The notes under the pieces are model-generated. The model was not told the origin of the DNA. It worked only from the letters and a program-made list of their open reading frames with translations, and did no database searches. A stretch of DNA of 64,000 nucleotides from an uncultured Candidatus Saccharibacteria bacterium (GTDB lineage Bacteria; Patescibacteriota; Minisyncoccia; Phycocordibacterales; DATDWN01): positions 95,309 through 159,308 of the forward strand of contig CAZNUU010000001.1 of the NCBI GenBank assembly GCA_964576615.1, given 5' to 3'. The position numbers were made by a program, and so were the translations under genes. How positions within the stretch are numbered: position 1 is the stretch's first letter; every line of letters begins with the position of its first letter. Positions 10,463-20,368 of this stretch are shown piece after piece.

Positions 10463-10521
10463 GCATAAAATAATTGACAAAGTTTTAGGAAAGGAATTTA
10501 CTTAAGAAAGAAGGAGGTGCG

Positions 10522-10839
10522 ATGGACATCGACACCTTGATCATGATCGCTGCAAGTTACATGGAAGACGATGAGTGGGATGAATTCGTCAATCTCGTTC
10601 AAGATCCTCAGCTGCTAGTCGCTGCTGCTCGTGTACTGCTTCTCGTGGACAACCTATGGGCTAAAGGGAAAATATCTGCACCTGTCGCCCAGGCATATTA
10701 CACCTCAACCGGACTCAGTGCAGTCTCAAAGGAAAAGCTTCGAACTAAATTTCTCCAGAATGAATACCTGGGAGAAAGATCAGGGAGAGGCGGAGCTGAA
10801 GAGACTCTCGTAGCTGCTGAACCGAAACTGGTGTGCTGA
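10522..10839 (+). CDS. Hypothetical protein (cassette)
   Basis: 105 aa; TTGACA promoter, AAGGAGGT SD, hairpin 10839-10871. Confidence 0.7.
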   Translation: MDIDTLIMIAASYMEDDEWDEFVNLVQDPQLLVAAARVLLLVDNLWAKGKISAPVAQAYYTSTGLSAVSKEKLRTKFLQNEYLGERSGRGGAEETLVAAEPKLVC

Positions 10840-10882
10840 AGGGCGGACGGTCCGAAGACCGTTCGCCTTTGATGTTTATAAA

Positions 10883-11455
10883 TCAATATGCTCTCTTTCC
10901 GTAACTTCTAAACTTCGCTTTCCATCGTGCACGTCTTTCTGGAGAAATTTTTTTCATTGGTCCACATTTCTTTATCTTTGGAGAAAAACCAGCAAACCAA
11001 AGTATACCGTCTCGAATTTCATTTACATTATCGCCAAATAAAAACCTGGCAACCCAAGGTGGTGAATCCGATGTGACGAAGACGGTAGCGGTTCGTCCTT
11101 TTAATAACCTTTTCCACAACATACCGCTCGGCATAAACTTGTAAGCCATGCCAGGCAACCAGGCACGATCGAATAGGCCTTTGAGGAGTGCTGGCATAGT
11201 TGACCACCAAGAAGGGTAAACAATAACCAAGTGATCACACCATTTCACATCTTCTTGGAATTTTAACAAATCTGGCTCAAGCTCCTGGATAACTTTGTAA
11301 CCATGATGGAGAATTGGATCGAATTTCATATCACCCAGATTAGTTCGCCTGACTTCATGACCAGATTCGCGTGCACCTGCAGCATACGAGTCAGCAAACT
11401 CGCAGCACATACTAATAGTGTCAGGGTGACCTAGGAGAACAAATACTTTTTTCAT
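10883..11455 (-). CDS. NAD(P)H dehydrogenase (quinone), flavodoxin-2 fold
   Basis: LLGHP and YPSWWSTMPALLKGLFDR motifs. Confidence 0.9.
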   Translation of the reverse strand: MKKVFVLLGHPDTISMCCEFADSYAAGARESGHEVRRTNLGDMKFDPILHHGYKVIQELEPDLLKFQEDVKWCDHLVIVYPSWWSTMPALLKGLFDRAWLPGMAYKFMPSGMLWKRLLKGRTATVFVTSDSPPWVARFLFGDNVNEIRDGILWFAGFSPKIKKCGPMKKISPERRARWKAKFRSYGKRAY

Positions 11456-11524
11456 TTACTTTATTTTATCTAATTCTGGAAAACTGGTCTATGGAAAACT
11501 TTTTTGAGGTGCTATATTTTAAAT

Positions 11525-12322
11525 ATGTTTAAATGGAGATACCTGGTCGGACTGCTCCTCTTCGGTGCGGCTTCACTTACTGGACTGGTCTATTACTATC
11601 ATATCGACCCACAACTACTCACTACACTATCTTTTTACGAAAACCTAGCGAACCCTTATGTGAGAATCGTTCGAGTACAGGAGGGCCTGCGCAAGGAACA
11701 AATCGCGGATTTGATGGCAGAGAAGTTGGGTTGGGATGATGAGCAAAAACTGGAGTTTATAAACGCCCATCTGGCCTTAAATAGTACAAATCTAGAAGGT
11801 CACTACTTCCCAAAAACATATATGATACCGAAGGACGCCGATCCAATTGGTGTCACTGCGACAATGCTTCACGAATTTAGCACAGAGACCTCCAAGATTT
11901 CCAAGCCTAAAAAAAGCGACGTGGTAAATCAAGATACAGTTTTAAAAATTGCCTCGATAATTCAACGAGAAGCTGCTGGCAAAAGTGATATGAAGCTTAT
12001 CTCCGGCATAATTTGGAATCGCCTTTTTAGTGGAATGAAACTCCAAATTGATGCAACACTTCAGTACGCCAAAGGCACAGAAGAAAACGGCTGGTGGGAT
12101 GAAGTGAATTCAGATGACAAAAATATAAACTCATCCTATAACACATACCTTCACGCTGGGCTTCCTCCATCCCCCATCGCAAACCCAGGCTTGGCTGCTA
12201 TCGATGCGGCATACAACCCTCAAAAGACCAGCTGCCTATTTTACCTTCACGACAAATACAAGAGAATTCATTGTTCAGCTACCTACAACGGCCACCTGAA
12301 AAATATTGCGAGGTATTACTAA
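11525..12322 (+). CDS. mltG: Endolytic transglycosylase MltG (YceG family)
   Basis: N-terminal TM, LEGHYFPKTY, IASIIQREA, LQIDAT, YNTY..GLPPSPIANPG; ATG at 11525 chosen as start. Confidence 0.9.
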   Translation: MFKWRYLVGLLLFGAASLTGLVYYYHIDPQLLTTLSFYENLANPYVRIVRVQEGLRKEQIADLMAEKLGWDDEQKLEFINAHLALNSTNLEGHYFPKTYMIPKDADPIGVTATMLHEFSTETSKISKPKKSDVVNQDTVLKIASIIQREAAGKSDMKLISGIIWNRLFSGMKLQIDATLQYAKGTEENGWWDEVNSDDKNINSSYNTYLHAGLPPSPIANPGLAAIDAAYNPQKTSCLFYLHDKYKRIHCSATYNGHLKNIARYY

Positions 12323-12437
12323 CTCAAAGAAACATTTGAACATCTAAGCATTTAAGCACCTGAGCACAAAATACTCAGGGGTCTCCAGAGTATTTTGTTA
12401 TATGTTCCTTGCTTAAACGTTTGTATGCTTCTGTGCT

Positions 12438-13121
12438 CTACAGTGGAGTTGTCGTTGTGGAGATCTTTGCTCCAGCCCGTAGTGTGTTTAGAAGTGCGTT
12501 GATGAGAGCTTGCTGTTTGTTAGCAATAAGTTGTTGCCTGATTTGTTCTGCAACAGCGTTTAGGGCCGGAGGGTTTTTCTGACCGTTAATTGCTTGCTGG
12601 TAATAACTTTTTATCTCCTGGACTGTAGCAGTAGCAGAGTTCATGTCGATTTTTGAGATTAGATATGATCGAACTGCAAGTTGCTTTGCTATATTTGCCC
12701 TTAGTTGAGCATCTGTTAGATTAGCGGCTGCAAGTTGACTTGCAAGCTTATCTGTTCCCCCAGCTTGCGAAACTAGTGTCTGGTATTGAGCATCAATTTG
12801 TTGCTGTGTTGCTGCAATTTTTGCCTTAGCAATTTCTTGGGAAACTAGTGCATCGTTTACCATGTCGTTAAGAACTTGAACTTTTACCTGAGCAATGATA
12901 GTTGAACTAGCAACATCAACCCCTTGAGATTTGAGGTTATTTAAAGCCGTTGTAACCTGAGCATCAAAAGCGTCTTTTGTAATTGGAGCATCATTTACAT
13001 AAGCTACGGCTACTGGGGCCTTACTTAGAGATGCCTTCTTACCACCATAGACAGCGATACCTGCAATACCTGCAATCACGACCACAATCACCACTATCGA
13101 AACTATTTTTTCTTTACTCAT
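12438..13121 (-). CDS. SurA N-terminal domain-containing chaperone
   Basis: N-terminal TM, VAYVNDAPIT, VLNDMVNDALV, helical SurA/PrsA-like body. Confidence 0.7.
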   Translation of the reverse strand: MSKEKIVSIVVIVVVIAGIAGIAVYGGKKASLSKAPVAVAYVNDAPITKDAFDAQVTTALNNLKSQGVDVASSTIIAQVKVQVLNDMVNDALVSQEIAKAKIAATQQQIDAQYQTLVSQAGGTDKLASQLAAANLTDAQLRANIAKQLAVRSYLISKIDMNSATATVQEIKSYYQQAINGQKNPPALNAVAEQIRQQLIANKQQALINALLNTLRAGAKISTTTTPL

Positions 13122-13182
13122 TTATTTTTGATTAATTAATACTGTAAAATCTATCTTAACATGCAAGCTTATCGTTGCAAGC

Positions 13183-13419
13183 CTAGTCATTATGCTCTAG
13201 TGCTTTTTTCCTTTCTTCGTACTCCTCCTTTGAAATTTCACCCTTAGCATAGCGCTCCCGTAACGTATCCATAGCGGGATCATAGAACATATGTCTGCCC
13301 CGCTTCATCCAACGATCGTGCCTGCTGCCACGTAAAAGCCAGAGAATAATCGCGATAACTAAAATCCAACTAATAATGGAGAAGAGAAAATGAAATGGAC
13401 TGTAATAGTAATACATCAT
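13183..13419 (-). CDS. SHOCT-domain small membrane protein
   Basis: TM followed by LRERYAKGEISKEEYEERKK. Confidence 0.85.
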   Translation of the reverse strand: MMYYYYSPFHFLFSIISWILVIAIILWLLRGSRHDRWMKRGRHMFYDPAMDTLRERYAKGEISKEEYEERKKALEHND

Positions 13420-13628
13420 GATAATTTTATTAAGCTAATAATAAGACGAAGGAATTATAGTTCCGCAGTATGAAAATAGCAAGAATGGTGTGGTCAGGGA
13501 TATTTTGCTCGTCGCCACTCGCAAAATTCCACGACCCTGCCTCGCCTGTTTTGTTTGCTAACAAAACATAGCTCCGGCTTCCACAAATCACAAAAGTCCC
13601 GAGCAGTCGGGACGTTTTGTGTGTTTTG

Positions 13629-13701
13629 TGGACCCTACCAGATTCGAACTGGTGACCTCCTCATTGCAAATGAGGCGCTCTACCAACTAAGCTAAGGGCC
13701 C
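13629..13701 (-). tRNA. tRNA-Ala(UGC)
   Basis: Reverse complement GGGCCCT...AGGGTCCA with G3:U70; anticodon arm CCTCA-TTTGCAA-TGAGG; TTCGAAT T-loop; CCA not encoded. Confidence 0.95.
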
Positions 13702-13768
13702 AATGCGAACAAGATTAACAAATTTTGCAAATCTTCACAAGAAAAATATAATAAGAATCTACATATTT

Positions 13769-13839
13769 GGGCCCATAGTTAAGTGGTATAACACATCCAT
13801 GGCATGGATGTAGCGGGGGTCCGATTCCCCCTGGGTCCA
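13769..13839 (+). tRNA. tRNA-Ala(GGC)
   Basis: GGGCCCA...TGGGTCCA with G3:U70; anticodon arm CATCC-ATGGCAT-GGATG; T-arm GGGGG-TCCGATT-CCCCC. Confidence 0.9.
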
Positions 13840-13905
13840 CTAAAAAATAAATCGCACTCACAGCCGGGGCCATGAGTGCGATGTAAAACGTGAACAGTAT
13901 TCGTT

Positions 13906-14607
13906 TCAAGCGAGTGGGATGAGCCCACGTTCGCGGAGCGTCTTAACCAGGTACAGGCCATCCTCCAGACTGCCGACTGGTCTCTGCGGTTCGCCGTCGT
14001 GCTCCGTGAGCATGGCGTAGAGAGACCGATCGGGCACCGGTCCCCACAGACCGTGCTCCGGATGGTAGTTCCACCAGTTGCGACCGCAACTGCAGGTGAA
14101 ACACTTTTTCGGGAACTGTCCTCCCCCGGTCATGGACTCCCACGGAAACGGTGCTGAGGCGTTAGCCCTCAAGAGTTCCTGACAGACACACGGCCCGGTA
14201 TACGCGAGCTTAGGACCGTCGTATCTCTTGACCGGTCTCGATTCTACGACCCCGTGTTCGTCCTTCGCAGAGGACATGTAGAGACCGATTTGGGTCTTCA
14301 CGAAAGCTTCGATCGCGTCATCGAAGACCTTCGCGAGCGTGAACATCGGGCGTCCAGCCTTGTCCTGCCACGAGAAGTGCCCTCGCGGGTCGTGTTGGAC
14401 ATCCCAGATGATGTCATCGGATTCGCGACGCCCCTCAGCGACCCATCTGTGGCTTGAAGCGCAGTTCTCGGCGTAATCCATTGTGTAGATCTGGCCAGAG
14501 ACCTTGGTAGTGCCCTCAGCTTCTGCGAAGGTCTCGATGCACAAACGCTGGGCCGTATAGACAGGTGAACCGAGGGGCTCTTCTCTGCCCATCCACTGAT
14601 AAAGCAT
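13906..14607 (-). CDS. Hypothetical Cys-containing protein, GC-rich cassette
   Basis: 233 aa; TTGACA-N17-TAGTCT at 14671-14643; GGGAG SD; hairpin ~13850-13882. Confidence 0.75.
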   Translation of the reverse strand: MLYQWMGREEPLGSPVYTAQRLCIETFAEAEGTTKVSGQIYTMDYAENCASSHRWVAEGRRESDDIIWDVQHDPRGHFSWQDKAGRPMFTLAKVFDDAIEAFVKTQIGLYMSSAKDEHGVVESRPVKRYDGPKLAYTGPCVCQELLRANASAPFPWESMTGGGQFPKKCFTCSCGRNWWNYHPEHGLWGPVPDRSLYAMLTEHDGEPQRPVGSLEDGLYLVKTLRERGLIPLA

Positions 14608-14711
14608 GATGTCTCCCTTTCTGGAAACTGATTTCCGACCACAGACTACCAGTTATATTGCCTTATGTCAAAAGACAGATTTCTCACATAGTTTGCTAAT
14701 ATATATTTATT

Positions 14712-15215
14712 ATGGACATTATTTCTCATGGACTATACGGAGGGGCAGCGTTTGGCAGAAAAAATAAAAGAGATTACATCATCAGTTTTTTGTTTGGTAT
14801 GGGACCAGACCTCATGTCCTTTGGCGTTTATTTTGTTCTAGCGATTCTCGGCTTACAACCTTGGCCAGGTAAATTTGAGCCGCCCAACTACCCTGCTATT
14901 CCAGAGTATGTTCACAAGCTATACAACGCAAGCCACAGTCTAGTTATATACGCAATATTTTTTGGAATAATTTGGTTTCTAGGCTACAAATCTTTTGCCA
15001 AACTGACTCTAGCTTGGCCACTTCATATTTTGGTTGATATCCCAACTCACTCTACAAATTTCTTCCCAACCCCCTTTCTTTGGCCAATTTCAAATCTGCA
15101 TGTAAACGGAATCCCTTGGAGCGAGCCCGCTATTTTTATCCCAGATATTATAGTTATAGCTATAATTTATATTTATTGGTATTTGAAAAATAAACGCAAA
15201 CTACAAAAACAATAA
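14712..15215 (+). CDS. Membrane-bound metal-dependent hydrolase (YdjM-like)
   Basis: SH..G, GMGPD, SHS, HILVDIPTH motifs with TM segments. Confidence 0.7.
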   Translation: MDIISHGLYGGAAFGRKNKRDYIISFLFGMGPDLMSFGVYFVLAILGLQPWPGKFEPPNYPAIPEYVHKLYNASHSLVIYAIFFGIIWFLGYKSFAKLTLAWPLHILVDIPTHSTNFFPTPFLWPISNLHVNGIPWSEPAIFIPDIIVIAIIYIYWYLKNKRKLQKQ

Positions 15216-16430
15216 ATTTCTATCTTTATCATCCGCATCAGTTCCCTTCACCTTATGATCCAGGGACTTGTGAGTCGAAGCGAGGTAAACCACATTTTTG
15301 CCAAATTTTTCCTCGAGAGAATCGATCTGTTCGTGCACGGCATCAAATTTATTTATTTTTTCCACCTGGCCAAACAGATCAAGTTGCTGGGCTTCGATTG
15401 GCACCAGCTCGCGCAGAACAACTCCAGTGGTTCGATATAAAATCCCAGTTTTGTGCATTCTGGAAAAATACTTCCTAGCTAGAGTTGTTATTGCTTCGGG
15501 ATTATTTGATCTTATTTCAAGTGGCAACTCAGTGACGTGGTATTTAAACTCTTGGGTCTTGAGGAAAAATAAAACTTTCTTAGGTACAAGTTTGTAATAC
15601 CTAGCCTTATCACAAGCCAGTTCGATATTTTTGGAAAGTTGGGAGAGAAGAAAAATTTTATCGTCAGTCGCTGGCCAAAAAGTCCTAGTTTTTTGAATCG
15701 AGGAATAATCTTCCTTGCGACTAGAGTCAATTTTCATAATCGGAGTACCGCGAAGTTCCTGCCAAATAACTTCATACGGTTTCGACATATTCTCTCTTAT
15801 CCACCCAATATCTTTATTTATAAAATCTAGTGCAGTCAAAACTTGTTTTGTACCTAAAAATTCTGAAGTCCTTCTACCAATCCCCCAAATTTTTCCTATA
15901 GGAGTTTTGACTAGAAAATCCGGAATCTTTTCTTTGGTTATTTGGGTTAAACCATCCGGCTTTTGCCATTTTGATGCAACCTTGGCTAAAGACTTGGTCG
16001 AAGCAACACCGAGCGAGATAGATAAATCCAATTCCTTATTTATTTCTTTTTTTATTTGTTTTGCTATTTCAAAATAAGTCATCTTAAAAGGAACATCCCA
16101 ACCCGTGAGATCTGCGAAACATTCGTCGATAGAATACTCCTCGACTTCGTCCGCATATCTACGAACAACATTGAACATCTCACGTGAAAATTTTGCATAA
16201 GAAGCATAGTCCCCTGGCAAAACAATTACTTGAGGAAAATATTTTTTGATTTTATAAATTGGAAAGCCCCGAGATAATCCGAGCGCCTTTGCCTCATACG
16301 AGAGAGCTGAGGCAATCCCGCGTTCTTCGCCCGTAACCACAGGTAAACCTCTTAATCTTGGGTTTTTAGCCACCTCACAGGCGACAAAAAAAGCATCTCC
16401 ATCCATATGTAAAATGGTTTTTTCTTTCAC
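15201..16430 (-). CDS. dinB: DNA polymerase IV (Y family)
   Basis: ILHMDGDAFF, SYEAK, YSIDE, KVASKWQKPDG, IWGIG; GTG at 16430 chosen as start. Confidence 0.9.
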   Translation of the reverse strand: MKEKTILHMDGDAFFVACEVAKNPRLRGLPVVTGEERGIASALSYEAKALGLSRGFPIYKIKKYFPQVIVLPGDYASYAKFSREMFNVVRRYADEVEEYSIDECFADLTGWDVPFKMTYFEIAKQIKKEINKELDLSISLGVASTKSLAKVASKWQKPDGLTQITKEKIPDFLVKTPIGKIWGIGRRTSEFLGTKQVLTALDFINKDIGWIRENMSKPYEVIWQELRGTPIMKIDSSRKEDYSSIQKTRTFWPATDDKIFLLSQLSKNIELACDKARYYKLVPKKVLFFLKTQEFKYHVTELPLEIRSNNPEAITTLARKYFSRMHKTGILYRTTGVVLRELVPIEAQQLDLFGQVEKINKFDAVHEQIDSLEEKFGKNVVYLASTHKSLDHKVKGTDADDKDRNLLFL

Positions 16431-16442
16431 CTCTATATTATA

Positions 16443-16460
16443 GGTGAACTCTAGTTCACC
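16443..16460 (-). promoter_or_regulatory. Palindromic operator (GAAC-N4-GTTC, LexA-like) in the dinB promoter
   Basis: GGTGAAC-tcta-GTTCACC between TTGCAT (-35) and TATAAT (-10) on the minus strand. Confidence 0.6.
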
Positions 16461-16471
16461 ATGCAACTGGA

Positions 16472-17155
16472 CTAGTCACGCAGAACTTGACCTATTTTGT
16501 CTAAAACTACTTTAGATGCAGCTTGGAAATCCTCAGCTTTAGGATTCTGTTTGTTTATTAAATCCTTAGCTTTTATTTGGGGAAGTATAGTTAAAACTAC
16601 TTTTCTACGTCTCAGTAAAAAATCTTTCCAGGTCATACCAAAAAAAGTATCGATGGCAATGGGCAGGACAGAAACTCCAGTTATATAAACCATGTATCCT
16701 ATGCCACCGCGTGGAGGATTTAGACTGCCGTCAACCGATCTTTTGCCTTCTGGAAAAATAAAAACAGTTCTGCCTTTAACTAGAAGTTTTAGATGATCCT
16801 CTAAAGAAATCCCATAATTCTTATAACCAGTGTGAATTGAATAAGCGCCGAGCATATTAAAAAATCTGCCACCGTATATATAACCTCGCCAACCAAAAGT
16901 CTTGTACCTCTCCGCTGGATTGGAGACATAAAACAGAGGAAATAGTTTGGAAAAAAATGGTAAAGCCAAGCCAAATGCAGTCGGATCTATCTCACTTGTG
17001 TGATTGGAGGCGATGATGATGGGCGACGATAGCCCTTCTAAATTTTCTTGCCCTTTTATTTCAAGTCTTACAAAGAACTTATATATGGGCCAGAAAATTA
17101 TATACCCCAGTTTCTGTAAGAGAAACGGAGTGTAATAGTAGTAGTGTTTTTTCAT
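16472..17155 (-). CDS. 1-acyl-sn-glycerol-3-phosphate acyltransferase (PlsC family)
   Basis: NHTSEID and IFPEGKRS motifs; start approximate. Confidence 0.85.
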   Translation of the reverse strand: MKKHYYYYTPFLLQKLGYIIFWPIYKFFVRLEIKGQENLEGLSSPIIIASNHTSEIDPTAFGLALPFFSKLFPLFYVSNPAERYKTFGWRGYIYGGRFFNMLGAYSIHTGYKNYGISLEDHLKLLVKGRTVFIFPEGKRSVDGSLNPPRGGIGYMVYITGVSVLPIAIDTFFGMTWKDFLLRRRKVVLTILPQIKAKDLINKQNPKAEDFQAASKVVLDKIGQVLRD

Positions 17156-17165
17156 CCCGTACGAA

Positions 17166-18053
17166 TTATGTGACAGCCGATAAGATTTTATCTCTACAAA
17201 TTTTACCACAAAAGGCTCTGCCATCCTCTTCCGAACAATCCACACAGCACAAAAAATGTTTGTTACACTCCGGATTTTTGCAATTTACATATCTCTCAGA
17301 GAGAATGCCGCATTTATCGCATCTTCCTACCACCTTGTGCTTTTCGCTTGGGTCAAAGTCCATGGTAATCCTGCCATCAAAAACATAGAGTGTGCCTTCA
17401 AATTCCTGAGCTGGAAATTTTTCCATGTATGTCACAATTCCTCCATCCAGCTGATAGACATCTTTAAACCCTTCTCGGACTAAAAGACCCGAAGATTTTT
17501 CACACCTAACCCCACCCGTGCAGACGGTCAGAATAGTTTCATTTTCAAATTCTCGCAAATCTTTTAGTGCACTCGGTACATCCCGAAAATTTTCAAGATT
17601 TGGTATTATGGAATCCTTGAATCTACCGACTTTATACTCATAATCATTTCTCATATCCACAATGTGGAATTTCTTACCGGATTCATACCATTGTTTGAGT
17701 TCCTCTGGTTTTAGATGTTTTCCGGTAACTTCATTTGGATTTATATCTTTTTCTAAGTGGAGCGAAACTATTTCTGGACGAACTTTTACAGAAAGCTTTG
17801 GAAAAGCATCGCCTGTGCCCACACTCTTTTTTATATGTGTGCCCGCAAACCTTTCATCAGAGAGAAATTGGTCTAAATATTTTTGTATATTTTCATTTGT
17901 ACCCTCTAAAGTTGCATTGATTCCCTCCTGCGCCACAATCACTCGCCCTTTTAAATTTAGTTTTGTGCATAAATCAAATTGCTCATCCCGAAGTACTTTG
18001 GGAAAAGCGATATTTACATATTTATAAAATAGGATGATTGTGTATGGTTCCAT
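17166..18053 (-). CDS. trhO: tRNA uridine(34) hydroxylase TrhO (rhodanese, YceA/UPF0176)
   Basis: LFYKY, EGINAT, DMRNDYE, CTGGVRCEK, LYVFDGR, C-terminal Cys cluster. Confidence 0.9.
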   Translation of the reverse strand: MEPYTIILFYKYVNIAFPKVLRDEQFDLCTKLNLKGRVIVAQEGINATLEGTNENIQKYLDQFLSDERFAGTHIKKSVGTGDAFPKLSVKVRPEIVSLHLEKDINPNEVTGKHLKPEELKQWYESGKKFHIVDMRNDYEYKVGRFKDSIIPNLENFRDVPSALKDLREFENETILTVCTGGVRCEKSSGLLVREGFKDVYQLDGGIVTYMEKFPAQEFEGTLYVFDGRITMDFDPSEKHKVVGRCDKCGILSERYVNCKNPECNKHFLCCVDCSEEDGRAFCGKICRDKILSAVT

Positions 18054-18078
18054 CGTCAAAGACTACCAAAAAACCGGA

Positions 18079-18198
18079 GAACATCCAAATTTGGATGAAA
18101 TCCGACGTGAGAATTTGAAAAGGCGAGGAGCCTTATCGAGTATAAGGTGACAAGCATTTTCAAATTGGGAACGAGGAGTTCGTCAAATTTGGATGTTC
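18079..18198. repeat. Intergenic palindromic element (family C)
   Basis: 15-bp terminal IR GAACATCCAAATTTG; inner stems; apical CCTTAT-cgagt-ATAAGG. Confidence 0.75.
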
Positions 18199-19676
18199 TA
18201 TTGTGTAGCTACTACTTTTATTGTATCTCCTTCAGAAAGTCCAGATAAAACTTCCACCATTCCATCTTGACCCTTCAGACCAACAGTCACAGGAACTTCA
18301 GTAAAATTCTTACCGCTACCTTTTTCGACAAATGTGCCACTATCTCTAGTTACGATTGAGTACTGAGGAGCAATCAGAACATCATTTTTGGTGCCTGTAA
18401 TAATATCTAGCTTCGAGGTAAGCCCGCTTTTCATCTGGGGATATTTTTCACTAAATGCTACTGTCACTTTATAATTAACTACCCCATCGACAATGGTCTC
18501 GCCTGGTTCTATGTAAGTAACGACTCCCTTGAAAACTTCTCCTGGAAAAGCATCGAACTTTAATTCCACTGGATTGCCCAGAGCAACTTTGCCTATGTTT
18601 ATCTCAGAAACATTCGATTCAATCTCTAAATCATTGTCTGATATGACAGATATAACTGGCTTCCCCGCAGTAACAGTTTCTCCAACTTTTGCATCCTGAA
18701 TTGTGACTAGACCATTTTGAGGTGAAAATATTATTGTCTTTGAAATATCCGCTTGAACTTTTTTAACCTGAGCTTGCATTTGAAGCACCACTGCTTCTTG
18801 TGCTGAAATTGCCTCCGGAGTACTGCCACTTTGCTTTAAGGATAAATTCTTTTGAGCCAAGGTCAAAGCAGAGAGTGCAGAGTTATATGTTTCTTTTGCA
18901 GAAATCAAAGCACTTCTTGCAGATGATAAGTTTGATTTATAGCCATCTAGTGTCGTTTGGGAGAGTGAAGAGCTTGTGGTTTGGGTGTTAACTGCTTTAG
19001 CTACATTTTCAATCAAAGTCTGGATCTTTGATATTTTAGTATTGTTAATATTACTTCCTGTAAGAGTTATAAGTATACTCTCCACTTCCAGGCGGCCGGA
19101 TTGTATATCGTTTCTAAGCTGGGCATCCGAAAGTTGTAAATTGAAAACAGGCGAGGAGGAATGTGGGTTACTGAAAAGTCCATCTATGTCATTATTTACA
19201 ATATCAGTTGCTTTATCTACCAAACTTTTACCCGCATCATCAAAAGTAACCTGAGCATTTTCGACTTCTGTTTGAGCAATAGAAATTTCTTCTGGCCTGG
19301 TACCCTTTTTCAATTCATCCAGTCTAGCTTGTTCGCTCTGAAGATTAGCTTGGGCTTTTAGCAAATCAGCTTGTAGACTGCCCTGGGACAAAACAGCCAG
19401 AGTCTCACCCGCAAAAACTCTCGAGCCAATTTTTACATAACTGCCTGTAACTGTGCCAGAGACTTCAAAAGCCAAATCAACCGCATTTACTGGTTTTGTT
19501 TTACCATTAACAATGACTTTCTGGACCACATCACCTCTTTTAACCACAAAAAGTTCTGCTTTTTTACCGCCCACAAAGAATACCCGATAACCTAAAAGCA
19601 AAACTGCAGCAGCGATTATACTCGAAATAATATAGTGTGCTTTTACGAAATGTTGAACTTTTTTTACGTGTTTCAT
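18198..19676 (-). CDS. Efflux periplasmic adaptor subunit (MacA/HlyD-like)
   Basis: N-terminal TM, lipoyl-like halves flanking a coiled coil, VPVTVGL..EVLSGLSEGD. Confidence 0.9.
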   Translation of the reverse strand: MKHVKKVQHFVKAHYIISSIIAAAVLLLGYRVFFVGGKKAELFVVKRGDVVQKVIVNGKTKPVNAVDLAFEVSGTVTGSYVKIGSRVFAGETLAVLSQGSLQADLLKAQANLQSEQARLDELKKGTRPEEISIAQTEVENAQVTFDDAGKSLVDKATDIVNNDIDGLFSNPHSSSPVFNLQLSDAQLRNDIQSGRLEVESILITLTGSNINNTKISKIQTLIENVAKAVNTQTTSSSLSQTTLDGYKSNLSSARSALISAKETYNSALSALTLAQKNLSLKQSGSTPEAISAQEAVVLQMQAQVKKVQADISKTIIFSPQNGLVTIQDAKVGETVTAGKPVISVISDNDLEIESNVSEINIGKVALGNPVELKFDAFPGEVFKGVVTYIEPGETIVDGVVNYKVTVAFSEKYPQMKSGLTSKLDIITGTKNDVLIAPQYSIVTRDSGTFVEKGSGKNFTEVPVTVGLKGQDGMVEVLSGLSEGDTIKVVATQ

Positions 19677-19677
19677 T

Positions 19678-20367
19678 TTATTTTTTATTGATTATATCAG
19701 AAATAATTTTTCCATCCGACAGCAGAACTACCCGATCAGTGAGATCAGCATATTCCGGCTCATGAGTAACCATAACAATCGTCTGACCTTGCTTGTGAAG
19801 TTCCAGAAATGCATCCAGGACGCTTCTGGATGTCTCTGTATCAAGATTTGCAGTAGGCTCATCCGCAAAAATAATAGTTGGGTCATGTGCAATTGCCCGA
19901 GCTATTGCCACTCTTTGCTGTTCTCCACCTGAGAGTTGATTAGGCTTATTATAAAGTCTGTCTCCCAAGCCAACTTTATTAAGTGCAGTGATAGCCTTCT
20001 CCTCTGCTTCCTTTGCTTCCTCCCCTAGCATAAGAAGTGGTAAGAGAACATTTTCAAGCGAGTTCAACTCTGGGATTAGAGCATAATCCTGAAAAATGTA
20101 GCCTAACTTTTTTAATCTAAATTGAGTTCGGCTATCCGCATGAATCGAGGAAACATCGGTGCCAGCAATTTCGATAAAACCACTATTGGGATGATCCAAA
20201 AGTCCCATTTGATAAAGAAGAGTTGATTTACCTGAACCAGACTTTCCAGTTATGGAAAGAAATTGGCCCTTCGGCACAGTCAGGTCAAGATCTTTCAAGA
20301 CGAACAACTCGCCTTGTCCGCTCTTGTATGATTTCACTAAATTTTTTACTTTAATAATTTCCATATA
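19678..20367 (-). CDS. ABC transporter ATP-binding protein (LolD/MacB type)
   Basis: [24 protein letters not shown]; start approximate. Confidence 0.95.
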   Translation of the reverse strand, partial: YMEIIKVKNLVKSYKSGQGELFVLKDLDLTVPKGQFLSITGKSGSGKSTLLYQMGLLDHPNSGFIEIAGTDVSSIHADSRTQFRLKKLGYIFQDYALIPELNSLENVLLPLLMLGEEAKEAEEKAITALNKVGLGDRLYNKPNQLSGGEQQRVAIARAIAHDPTIIFADEPTANLDTETSRSVLDAFLELHKQGQTIVMVTHEPEYADLTDRVVLLSDGKIISDIINKK

Positions 20368-20368
20368 T

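Noticed and set aside
9530-10480. 316-aa antisense ORF, and similar overlapping ORFs at 14-409 and 45531-46313
   Set aside because: Shadow ORFs of GC-rich genes; the opposite strand has the SD, terminator and protein motifs.
12333-12367. Degenerate 8-bp tandem repeat (CATTTGAA CATCTAAG CATTTAAG CACCTGAG)
   Set aside because: Four imperfect units next to a terminator; too short to assign a function.
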